Assembly: GCF_004010195.1 (NCBI RefSeq)
Contig: NC_057752.1
Location: 10,200,247 to 10,225,371 of the forward strand
Origin: Chiloscyllium plagiosum
Taxonomy: Eukaryota
Direction: 5' to 3'
DNA: 25,125 nt
Every line of letters begins with the position of its first letter. Position 1 is the first letter of the stretch. This document shows, one piece after another, positions 9,607-21,229 of the stretch. Both the position numbers and the translations under genes were made by a program. The notes beneath the pieces are model-generated. The model did no database searches, was not told where the DNA came from, and was given only the letters and a program-made list of their open reading frames with translations.

Positions 9607-10530
9607 AATGCAGTTTAATTTATTAGTCCTACCTTGTTCCTAACTGCTTGACTCGCTTCTGTTCTCACATGTAGCAGTCTCAGATTAATCTCTTTCCTCA
9701 CTATCTCCTTGGGTCCCAACCCCCCTTTTACTAGTTTAAATCCTCCCGAGCAGCTCTAGCAATTTTCCCTGCCAGTATATTAGTCCCCTTCCAATTCAAG
9801 TGCAATCTGTCCTTCTTGTACAGGTCACTTCTACCCCAAAAGAGATTCCAATGATTCAAAAATGTGAATCCTTCCCCCATACACCAGCTCCTCAGCCATA
9901 CATTCATCTGCTCTATTCTCCTATTCCTGCCCTCGTGAGCTTGTAGCGCCGGGAGTAATCCAGATGTTATTGCTCTCGAGGACCTCCTTTTTAAATTCCT
10001 GCCTAACTCTCTGTAATCTCCCTTCAGAACCTCAATCTTTTCCCTTCCTATGTCATTGGTTCCAATGTGGACAATGACCTCCTGCTGGCCCCTCTCCCCC
10101 GTGAGAACATCCTGCATCCTCTCTGAGACATCCTTGATCCTGGCACCAGGGAAGCAACACACCATTCTACTCTTTCGCTGCTGGCCACAGAAACGTCTGT
10201 CTGTATCTCGGACTAGAGAGTCCCCTAACACAATTGATCTCTTGGAATCCGACGGACCCTTCGTTGCATTAGAGCCAATCTCAATACCAGAAACTTGGCT
10301 GTTTGTGCTACGTTACCCTGAGAATCCATCAACCCCTACATTTTCGAAAAGAGCATACCTGTTTGAACTGGGTATATCCACAAAAGACTCCTGCACTTGC
10401 TGCCTACCTCTCTCTCCTTTCCTGGAGTTAACCCATCTATGTGACTGTAACTGAGACTTTCCCCCTTTCCTATAACTGCCATCCATCACATACTTTTGCT
10501 GTTACAAATTCCTCATCACTTCTAACTGTC
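9607..10530 (-). mobile_element. CR1 LINE fragment containing ORF1 with an SGNH/GDSL esterase domain (ORF1 disrupted)
   Basis: ORF 9731-10231 has LGDSLVR, FPGA, HIGTND and DRLH (SGNH blocks I, II, III, V). The same frame continues upstream (SNRYALFE) with TAA stops at 10313-10315 and 10502-10504. 5' truncated at the satellite junction (~10530). Confidence 0.9.
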
Positions 10531-11206
10531 CTTCTCTGATATTTAACCCAGATATCGACATTGATCGTTCTCTGATATTTAACCCAGATATCGACATTGA
10601 TCCTTCTCTGATATTAACCCAGATATCGACATTGATCCTTCTCGGATATTAACCCAGATATCGACATTGATCTTTTTCTGATATTTAACCCAGATATCGA
10701 CATTGGTCGTTCTCTGATATTTAACCCAGATATTGACATTGATCCTTGTGATATTAACCTCATATTGTAATTCATCCTCCCTGATATTAATCCTGATATT
10801 GACATTGACACCCCTGATATTAACTCTTCTATCAACATCGATCCACCTCTGATATTAACCCTTATATCGATGTTGTTCCTCCTCCGATATTAACCATGTT
10901 TGACATTGATGCTCCTGCAGTTTTAACCCTGAAATTGATATTGATCCTGCTGCAATAATAACCCCAATATAGGCAGTGAGACTCCTCTGAAAGTAACCCT
11001 GATATCGACAGTGATCCTCTTTTGGTATTATCCATGGAATTGACTTTGATCCTTCACCAACAAAAAAACCTGACACAGATTTTGTTAATCCTGCAGTATT
11101 AATTCGATAGTTAACATTGATTCTGCTTCAATATTAACTGTGATATCAATGTTGATCCTCCTGTGTTATGAACCCTGATAACCACATTAATGCTCCTCTG
11201 GAATTA

Positions 11207-12868
11207 TAGATTCATAGAGATAGCACAGAAACAGACCTTTCGGTACAGCTCATCCACGCTGACCAGATATCCCAACCCAATCTAGTCCCACCTGCCAGCA
11301 CCTGGCCCATATCCCTCCAAACCCTTCCTATTCATATACCCATCCAGATGCTTTTTAAATGTTGCAATTCTACCAGCCTCCACCACTTCCTTTGGCAACT
11401 CATTCCATACATGTACCATCCTCTGTGGGAAAAGGTGCCCCTTAGGTCTCTTTTATATCTTTCCCCTCTCACCCTAAACCTATGCCCTCTAGTTCTGGAC
11501 TCCCCCACCCCAGGGAAAAGACTTTGCCTATTTATCCTATCCATGCCCCTCATGATTTTGTAAACTTCTATAAGGTCACCCTTCAGCCTCCTACGCTCCA
11601 GGGAAAACAGCTCCAGCCTGTTCAGCCTCTTCCGATAACTCAAATCCTCCAACCCTGGCAATATCCTTGTAACTCTTTTCTGAACCCTTTTACAACATCT
11701 TCCTGATAGGAAGGAGACCCAGAATTGCACGCGATATTCCAACAGTGGTCTAACCAATGTCCTGTACAGCCGCAACATGATCACTCAACTCCTGTACTCA
11801 ATACTCTGACCAATAAATGAAAGCATATCAAATTCCTTCTTCACTATCCTATCTACCTGAGACTACATTTTCAAAGAGCTATGAACCTGCACTCCAAGGT
11901 TTCCTTGTTCAGCAGCACTCCTGAGGACCTTACCATGAAGTGTATAAATCCTGCTAAGATTTGCTTTCCCAAAGTGCAGCACCTCACATTTACCTAAATT
12001 AAACTCCATCTGTCACTCCTCAGCCCGTTGGCCCATCTGATTAAAATCACATTGTAATCTGGGATAACCTTCTTCGCTGTCCACAACACCTCCAATTTTG
12101 ATGTCATCTGCAAAATTACTAACTATCCCTCTTATGCTCACATCCAAATCATTCATATAAATGACGAAAAGTAGTGGACCCAGCACCGATCCTTGTGGCA
12201 CTCCACTGGTCACAGGCCTCCAGTCTGAAAAACAACCCTCCACCACCACCCTCTGACTTCTACCTTTGGGCCAGTTCTGTATCCAAATGGCTAGTTCTCC
12301 CTGTATTCCATGAGATCTAACCTTGCTAATCAGTCTCCCATGGGGAACCTTGTCGAACGCCTTACTGAAGTCCATATAGATCACGTCCACCGCTCTGCCC
12401 TCATCAATCCTCTTTGTTACTTCTTCAAAAACTCAATCAAGTTTGTGAGACATGATTTCCCGAGCACAAAGCCATGTTGACTATCCCTGATAAATGTATT
12501 TCCAAATACATGTACATCCTGTCCCTCGGGATTCCCTCCAACAATTTGCCCACCACCAATGTCAGGCTCACTGGTGGATAGTTCCCTGGCTTGTCCTTAC
12601 CACCTTTCTTAAACAGTGGCACCCCGTAGCCAACCACCAGTTTTCTGGCACCTCACCTGTGACTATCGATGATACAAATATCTCAGCAAGAGGCCCAGCA
12701 ATCACTTCCCTAGCTTCCCACAGAGTTCTAGGGTACACCTGATCAGGTCCTGGGGATTTATCCACTTTTATGCGTTTCCAGACATCCAGCACTTCCTCCT
12801 CTAATATGGACATTTTGCAAGACATCATCATCTGTTTCTCTACATTCTATATTCTACATTCTATATCT
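11207..12868 (-). mobile_element. 5'-truncated CR1 LINE (RT domain to 3' tail), relatively young but frameshifted
   Basis: ORF pieces KSPGPDQVYPR, KPGNYPPVSLT, YMDFSKAFDKVPH, SGVPQGSVLGPLLF, FADD, LYRTLVRPLLEY and SLERRRLKGDLIEVYKI. 3' tail at ~11207. Possible TSD TGGAATTA (11199-11206) / TGTAATTA (12869-12876). Confidence 0.95.
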
Positions 12869-14310
12869 TGTAATTAACCATGATGTCAACATTGATCCTC
12901 GACGATATTCCCCCTGATGACAACATTGATCAGATGAAATTAATCCTGTAATTGGTATTGATGCTGTTGTAATATTAAACCTGATGTCAATATTGATCCT
13001 CCTTCACTATTACCTTGATATTGACATTGGACACTCTCCAGTATTAACCCTGGTATTGACAGTAATCCTCCTCCGATATTAACCCTACGTTGATCCTATT
13101 CTGATATTAACCCTGATATAAACATTAATTCTCTTTTGATTGAACCCTGAACCCAGAATTAGCCCTGATGTTGACATTGATCTTCTTCTGTATTACCCCT
13201 GAAGCCAACATTAATCCTCTTGTGACATTAACACAGATCCTCCTCCAATAATAACCCTGTTATTGACATTGATTCTCATCCAATAGTAACCCTGTTATCA
13301 AGATTGATCTTCTCATGACAGTACCTTTAATGTCGACATTGATCCTCCTTCGATATTAACCCTGCTATCGACATTATTCTTTCTGCGATGTTAACCCTGA
13401 TACTAACATCAACGTGGATCCTCCTCCAACATTTGCTGGGATTCACATTTGCATTGGTGCTATTATAACCCTGATATCACTTTAATTCTCATGCAGGGTT
13501 AACCCCAGTCCTCCTGTGATGTTAATCCCGATAATAATATTGATCATGCTGCGATGGTAGTGACATTGATATCAACGTTAATTTTCCTGGAGTATTAACC
13601 CTGAGATTGATGTTGATCCAACTCCAAGAAAAAAACACTGGTATCCACTGGTAATCCATCTGCAGTTATAACCTTGAGATTGATTTTGATTCTACTCCAA
13701 TAATCATCCAGAAAGCAATGTGAAGCATCCTGCACTTTTAACCCTGAGATTGATTTTGACCATACTCCAATTTCAACCCAAATCTAGCCTCTGGTTCTTC
13801 TCCGATTCTAACCTTGATCTTGATGCTATTGTGAATATAAATGCTTATATCAACATTGATCCTCCTCTGATATTAACCCTACTGTTCACATTGATCCTCT
13901 TGTGATAATAGCTGTGTGTTTGACATTGATCCTTCACCCACAATAATCCTGAAATCAACATTGATACTTCTGCAATATTATGTCTATTATTAACATTGAC
14001 AATGCTCCAATATTAACCCTGATATTGGCCATTAGCCTCCTCAGATCTTAACCCTGTTTTCAACATTAATCTTCCTCAGATGTTAATCCTAATATTGACA
14101 TTGATGTTCTGATATTAACGCTGATGGTGACATTGATCTTCCTCTGATATTAACCCTGATTACCATTATTAATCCTCCTCTGATAGTTACCATGTCATCA
14201 AAATTGATCTGCCTCCAATTGTTACCCTAATATCAATATTGATCATTTTGTAATTTTAACCCAGCTACTAACATTGATCCTTCTGCAGTATTAAATCTAT
14301 AATTGTCATT

Positions 14311-14419
14311 GACACAAAAACAGAAATTGTTGGAGAAACTCAGCAGGTCTGGCAACATATGTGGAGAGAAAACAGAGTTAACGTTTTGGCTTCAGTGACC
14401 CTTCTTCAGAACTCTTCCA
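14311..14419 (-). mobile_element. Short Penelope-like-derived element, copy 3, inserted in the satellite
   Basis: Reverse complement reads AGAGTTCTGAAGAAGGGTCACTGAAGCCAAAACGTTAACTCTGTTTTCTCTCCACATATGTTGCCAGACCTGCTGAGTTTCTCC. Flanked by AATTGTCATT (14301-10) and AATTGTTATT (14420-29), a likely TSD. Confidence 0.75.
14374..14415 (-). ncRNA. Minimal type I hammerhead ribozyme-like motif (core G12 to A, probably inactive)
   Basis: Minus strand: AGAGTT-CTGAAGA-A-GGGTC..GCC-AAAA-CG-TT-AACTCT. Perfect 6-bp stem I, decayed stem II, and palindromic AACGTT at the stem III position. Confidence 0.55.
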
Positions 14420-16753
14420 AATTGTTATTCACGCTGCTCCAATAATAGCCCCGATATGAACATTGACCCTCTGACAATATTAAGCCTGATGTTGATATTA
14501 CTGGCTGCAGAATCAATTTTAATACTTTTGTTAATATTGGTGCTCAGTCAAAATCAGTTTCAGGGTTAATATTGCAAGAGGATTAATGTTGATATCAGGA
14601 ATCAATGTTCTCCTGCACCAACAGTAATTCTGAAATCTACATTGATACTCCTGCAGTAGTAATTCTGTGATTGACAGTGATGCTGCTCTGATATTATCCC
14701 AGATATCAACATTGTAAATCCTGTAAAATTACCATTGATGCTGTCATTGATCCTTTTGTGATATTAATCCTGATATCGAAATTGATACACTTATGATATT
14801 AACATAGACGTCAACATGGATCCTTGTGATATTAATCCTCTGACCACATTAGCCCTGATATTGATACTAATCCTTCTCCAGTATTAACCCTGGTATTAAC
14901 ATTGATCCTCTTCCGATATGAATCCTGATATTGATACCTATCTTCTGATATTAACGGTGATATCAGCATTGATCCACATTCAGTAGTGACCCTGATCTCA
15001 ACATTGATCTTCTTCAATATTACTCTGATATTGAAATTGATCCTTTTGTGATTTATGATCCCCTGATATCGACAATAATCCTCCTCTGAAATTAACCCCA
15101 GTATGAACATTAATACTCCTTCAGAATTAACACTGATGGCGACAATAATCCTCCTCTGAAACTAACCCTGATATGAACGTTAATACTTTTCCAGAATTAA
15201 CACTGATGGCGACATTAATCATCCTCTGAGATTAATTCTGATTTTGACATTCACCCTCTTGAGATATTTACTCATGTATTGGTACTGATCTTCCTCCGAT
15301 ATTAACCCAGGTATTAGCATTAATCCTCCTCTGAAATTAACCCTAATATAGATATTGATACTCATCCAGAATTAACCCTGACATAGACATTGATTTTCTT
15401 CGAATATTAACCCAGGTATCTGCATTGATCCCCTTGCAATATTGTGATTTTGACATTCATCCTCTTGAGATATTAAGTCAAATATCGGTATTGATCCTCT
15501 GATATATTAACCCTGATATTGACATTAATCCTCTTGTGATTTGAACCCTGATATCAAGATTAATTCTCCTGTGAAATTAACCCTGATTAGACATTAATAC
15601 TTATCCAGAATTAATCCTGATGGTGACATTAAAAATTCCTCTGAAATTGACCTCAATATAGATGTTAATACCTTTCCAAAATTAACCCTGACGGTGACAT
15701 TAATTCTCCTGCAAAGTTAACTCTTGATATCCATGTTGATCTGCTTGGGATATTAACCTTGATATTGATGTTGATTCTCCTCTGAAATAAACCCTGATAT
15801 CGACATTGATCTTCTGATATTAACCCAGATATAGATATTGATCATCTTCTGATGTTAACCCTGATGCCAACCCTGATCCTTCTGTGAGTTCAACTGTGAT
15901 ATCAACATTAATTCTTTTCCAGAGTATTGACATTGATCTTCTTTGATATTAACCCTGATATTGCCATTGATCCTGTTGTGATTTGAACCCTGATATCCAC
16001 ATTGATATTCCTGCGATATGAACCTTGATGATGACATTGCTTTTCTTCTGATATTAACCCTGATATCAAACTTAATGATCCTCCAAAATTAACTCTGATG
16101 TTGCTATTGGTCCTTCTGCAATATCAAACCTGATTACAGCTTTGATCTTCAGATATTAACCCCTGTTTTCAATATTGGTCCTCTTCTGACATTATCTCTG
16201 TGATCAATGTTGATCCAGTTCCAAAGTAAACATGATATAGACATTGATTATCCTCTAATAGTACCCTTGATATTGACATAGAACATTCTGGAATACTAAC
16301 CCTTGTAACGACATTAATCCTGCTGTGATATTAGACCTGGTAACAACATTGATCCTCTTGTAAATTGAACCCTGATATTGAGATTATTCCTTCTTCAGAA
16401 TTAACTTTGATCCTCCTCTGATATTCATGTTGATATTGGCATTGATTATCTTCTGATAATAACTCTGACATTGACATTGTTCTTCTTCTGATATTAACCC
16501 TGATATTGACATCATCTTCCTCTGATTATAACCCTGGTATCAATATTTGTCCTGTATTGATTTGATCTCAGATATTGACATTAATCTTCTATGGAATTAA
16601 CTATGATATTGACATTGATCCTCTTGCAATACTAACCCGCATATTGACTTTTATCGTCTTCTGATATAGACCGTGATAATGACCTCGATCCTCTCGTGAC
16701 TTGAATCCTGATATTGCTATTAATCCTCCTCCAGAATTAAACCTGTTGGTGTC

Positions 16754-17313
16754 TGTTATTGACCAGACTGGATCCTTCTGAAAGTTTTCAAGAAGGTTGC
16801 CTAGACCGTAACATTTTCTTATTTTAAAGGAAGGTGCAATGCAATTGGTTAAACCACTTGGCTTTAAGCAAAACAACTTATTTAAACACTACAGTTGAAA
16901 CATGAACAAAAGAAAGTGGAATTTAGAATAACGTAACTATTGGAAAGTTAACCTGCCTGATACAGTGACTATTACTAATTAATTATTCCAATGCAGTAAC
17001 ATAGTGAAAACACACCCCTTAGCAAAAAGATAAATTGAAACACAGATTTTTACAGGCAGGAGGGGACAACATCCAGAGAGATTTCAGGGACAGTCCATCA
17101 GGAGTCCTTTACTGAAGCTTGCAAAGCTTCTGGACTGGCACATTGTATGACTGCTACAGCTAAAAAGAAACTAGAAAAAACTTAAACTGGGAGATCTGGC
17201 CCCTCCCTTTCCATTGTTAAATTCCCTCGACTCTTCGGCAGCTCTACCTTTACAACCTCAGTTCAAAAAAACCAAGGACAAAATAACCCTTTTAAAGTGT
17301 CAGCATTGTCGCA
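16754..17313. mobile_element. Probable solo LTR (~560 bp) inserted in the satellite
   Basis: Unique non-coding insert starting TGTTA and ending TGTCGCA (TG..CA), flanked by GTGTC (16749-53) and GTGAC (17314-18), a 5-bp TSD with one mismatch. It interrupts a monomer at GGTGAC. Confidence 0.7.
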
Positions 17314-18677
17314 GTGACACTTAACCCTGAAGTTAACTCTGATATTGATATTGTTGTGATATTAACCCTGATAGCAATAGTGATTCTCCTCTGAAATGAA
17401 AGCTGATCTCACCATTAAACCTCCTCTGGAATTAACCCTAATATCGATATTGATCCCATGTGATTTGAATCCCAATATTGACATTAATCATCCTCTGAAA
17501 TTAACTTTGATTTTGACATTCATCCTCTTGAGATAATAAGTAAAATATTGATATTGGTCCTCCTCCGATATTTACCCAGGTATTGACATTGATCCTACTC
17601 CACAATTAACCCTGATATTGACATTGAATCTCTTGTGATTTGAGTCCTGATATTGACATTAATCCTCCTCTGAAATTGACATTGATTTTGACATTCATTC
17701 TGTTGTGATATTACGTTAAATATTGGCATTGCCCTCCTCTGATATTAACCCTGGTATTGACATTGATTTTCTTGGGATTTGAATCCTGATATTGACATTA
17801 ATCCTCTCCTGAAATTAACACTGATTTTGGCATTCATTCTCTTGTGATATTATCGCTGATATCAACATTGATCATCTTATGATATTTCAGTCAATCCTAT
17901 TCTGATACTCACCCTGATGTCAACATTGCATATTCTTCAGTTATTAACCCAGATTTCAGTATTGATCCTGCTCTGATAATAATTTTTGTATCGACATTCA
18001 TCCTCCTCCAACATCAACCCAGATCCTCTTATTAACACTGATGCCACACTGCATTGATCCTCATGTTGACTTTTATCCCCTTGTGATATTCACCTTGCTT
18101 TCGATGTGGATCCTTTTGGGATGTCAACCCTGATATTGACATTGGTCCTCAAGTGATGCTAACCCTCAAAACAACTTTGATCCTCCTCTAATATTAAGCC
18201 TGATCTTGACGTGGATCCTCTTGTGATTTGAATCATGATCTAGACATTAATCCTCCAACAGAGTTAGCCCTGATATCAACATTGATCCTCTTTTGATATT
18301 ATTCCTAACATCGACATTAATCCTCCTCCGGTATTAACTCTGATGTTGACATTGACCTTCTTCCATATTAATACTGATATCAACATTGACCATCCTCTGA
18401 TCTTAACCCTGATATTGATATTGGTCGTCTTCTCATATTAAAGCTGATGTTGACATTAATCACTGGTGATTTGAATCCCGATATCAGCATTGATCCTCCT
18501 CTGAAATTAACCTTCATTTTGACATTCATCCTCAGATATTAACTCTGATGTCAACGTCAATCTTCCTCTAATATTAACCCTGATATCAACATTGATCATC
18601 TTGTTTTATTAACCATGAGATTGATATTAATCCTCCCCTGATTTTACCCCAAAGGCAACATTGATCAACCTGTGACA

Positions 18678-19111
18678 ATAAGTATTGGGAACAGAAGGAG
18701 GCCATCTGGCCCTATTGAGCCTGCTCCGCCATTCAAGATCTTTTTGGCTGATCTTTTTGCGGCCTCAACTCCACTTACCTGCCCTCTCACCATAACCCTT
18801 AATTCCTTTACTGTTCAAAAAATTATCTATCTTAGCTTTAAAAACATTTAATGAGGTAGCCTCAACTACTTCGCTGGGCAGGGAATTCCATAGATTCATC
18901 TGGGTGAAAAGGTTCCTTCTCAATTCACTCCTAAATCTACTCCCCCTAATTTTGAGGATATGCCCTCTTGGCTGAGTTTCACCTGCCAGTGGAAACATCC
19001 TCTCTACTTCTATCCTATCTATTCCCTTCATAATTTTTTATGTTTCTATAACAATCCCCTCATTCTTCCAAATTCCAATGATTATAATCCCAGTCTACTC
19101 AGTCACTCCTC
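18678..19111 (-). mobile_element. CR1 LINE 3' fragment
   Basis: Minus ORF 18765-19031 (MKGIDRIEVERMFPLAGE..RGHILKIRG..NLWNSLP..GIKGYGERAGKWS) is the CR1 ORF2 C-terminus, followed by 3' UTR/tail. Confidence 0.9.
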
Positions 19112-20410
19112 CTGTTAACTCTGATATTGATAGTCCTTTGGAATTAACCCTGATCAACATTGATCTTCTGTTATTAACCCTGATGTCGATCTTGATCATC
19201 CTGATAGTAACATAATTCCTCCTCTAGCAATTTCCCTGATTTCGATATTAATCCTCTTCAGAAATTAACCTTATATTGACATTAATCTACCTCTGATATT
19301 ACCCTGATATCGACATTGATCTTTTGATATTAACCCTGATATTGACATTGATCATCTTCTGATATTAACCCTGATATTGACATTGATCATCTTCTGATAT
19401 TAACCCTAATATTGACATTGATCATCTTTTGATATTAACTGTGATGTCAGTATTGATCATCTTCTGATATTAACCCTGATATCGACATTAATCTTCTTCT
19501 GATATTAACCCTGATGCCGACATTGATTGTCTTCTGATATTAACTCTAATGTCGACGTTGATCATCTTCTGATATTAACTGATATCGACATTGATCTTCT
19601 TGTGATATTAATCCTGATATTGACATTGATCATATTCTGATATTAATCTTATATCGACAGTGATCCACCTTCGCTATTACCCCGATAGTGACATTATCTT
19701 CTGATATTAACCCTGATATCAGTCTTGATCTTCCTGCATTATTAACACTGATATCGACATCAATTCTCTTATGATACTGACCTGCTTATATCGACTTTGA
19801 ACCTCTTCTGATATTAACCCCTGATCTCAATGTGGATCCTCTTGTGATTTGAACCCTGATATTGAGATTAATCCTCGTCCAGAAATTACACATATTGACT
19901 TTAATCCTTCTTTGATATTAACCCTGTTATTGACATTGATCCTCTTCTGATATTAACCCTGATATTGACATTAATCCTCTTCTGAAATTACCCTTGATGG
20001 CAATATCGATCCTTCTGTGAAATTAACTTTGCTATTGATGATGATACTGCTCTGAAATTAACCCTGGCGTTGATCATCTTCTGGTGTTACCCCTGATGGT
20101 GACTTTGATCCTCCTGTGATATTAACGCTGATATTAAAAATCCTCCAAAATTAACCCTGACATCGACATTGATCCTCCACTATTAACACTGATGTCAGTG
20201 TTGATCATCTTCTGATAGTACCCCCATGGATTGGCATTGACCCTCCTGTGATATGAACACTGATATCAACTTCGATCTTCTGATATTAATCCTGATATTG
20301 ATATTGATCCTGTTCTGATAGTAACCCTGTAATCAACATTGATCCTCCTGCAATTGTAATCCTGAGATCACCATTGATCCTTCCTTGATATCACCCCAAT
20401 ATTGACATAA

Positions 20411-20766
20411 AACCATTAGAAATGGTAGCAGGAGGAGGCGGTTTGACCCCTTGAGCCTGCTCCATCATTCACTAGGATCATGGTTGATCTGTCTTTCCTC
20501 ATGTCCACTTTCCTGCCTTGTCCATATAACCCTGATTCCCCGACTAATCAAGAATCTATCACAGCCTTAAATATACATAAGGCCTCTGCCACAACATCTC
20601 TCTGTGGAAAGGAGTTCCAAAGGTTCACAACCCTCTGAGTGAAGAAATTCCTCCTCATCTCCGTCTTAAGTTGGGCCCCTTTATTCTGAGACGATGCCCT
20701 CTCATCCTAAACCCTCCCACAAGGAGAAACATCCTCTCAGCATTTACCCCGTCAAGTCCGTTAAGA
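20411..20766 (-). mobile_element. CR1 LINE 3' fragment
   Basis: Homologous to 18678-19030 (GGAGGCGGTTTGACCCCTTGAGCCTGCTCCATCATTCA..CCCTCTGAGTGAAGAAATTCCTCCTCATCTC). Confidence 0.85.
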
Positions 20767-21229
20767 GGATCCCCCTCCAATATTACACTTGTCATTGGCT
20801 TTATCTTGGGATATTGACCCTTATATCAGTGTTGATTGTCTTGTGATATTAACCCTAATATTGATATTGATCCTCCTGTGATATTGATCCTGATGTTGAC
20901 ATTGATTCTCGTGAAATTTATGCATCATCCAATATTGCATTGATTCTCACCTCAATGCTTCTCCATGAATTTACCTTTATATTGGCAAAAAAAAAGGTCT
21001 CCCCAGTAACTGCTCTGATACTTTTTTTTGCCCTCCAATAATTAACTTGATCTTGACATTGACTCTTCTTTAGTGATTGCCCTGATACCAACACTGATGC
21101 TGTACATTACTTACCCTGATCCTGGTATTCACGTCACTCCAGTCATTACCCCAACACTTCCATTGTTCCAGCTCCGGTCATTACCAGCATTGTTCTCCCT
21201 GCAATAATGACCTGTTTCCAGACAACCCT

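Noticed and set aside
9047..9643. 198-aa ORF
   Set aside because: Artefact of reading through the N gap.
10614..16876. Repetitive ORFs (MSISGLI.., LILTLILT..) in the satellite
   Set aside because: These are translations of the monomer; 35 is not a multiple of 3, so frames shift and stop frequently.
10531..20410. CRISPR-like array of ~35-bp repeats
   Set aside because: Units are head-to-tail with no unique spacers, there are no cas genes, and the context is vertebrate.
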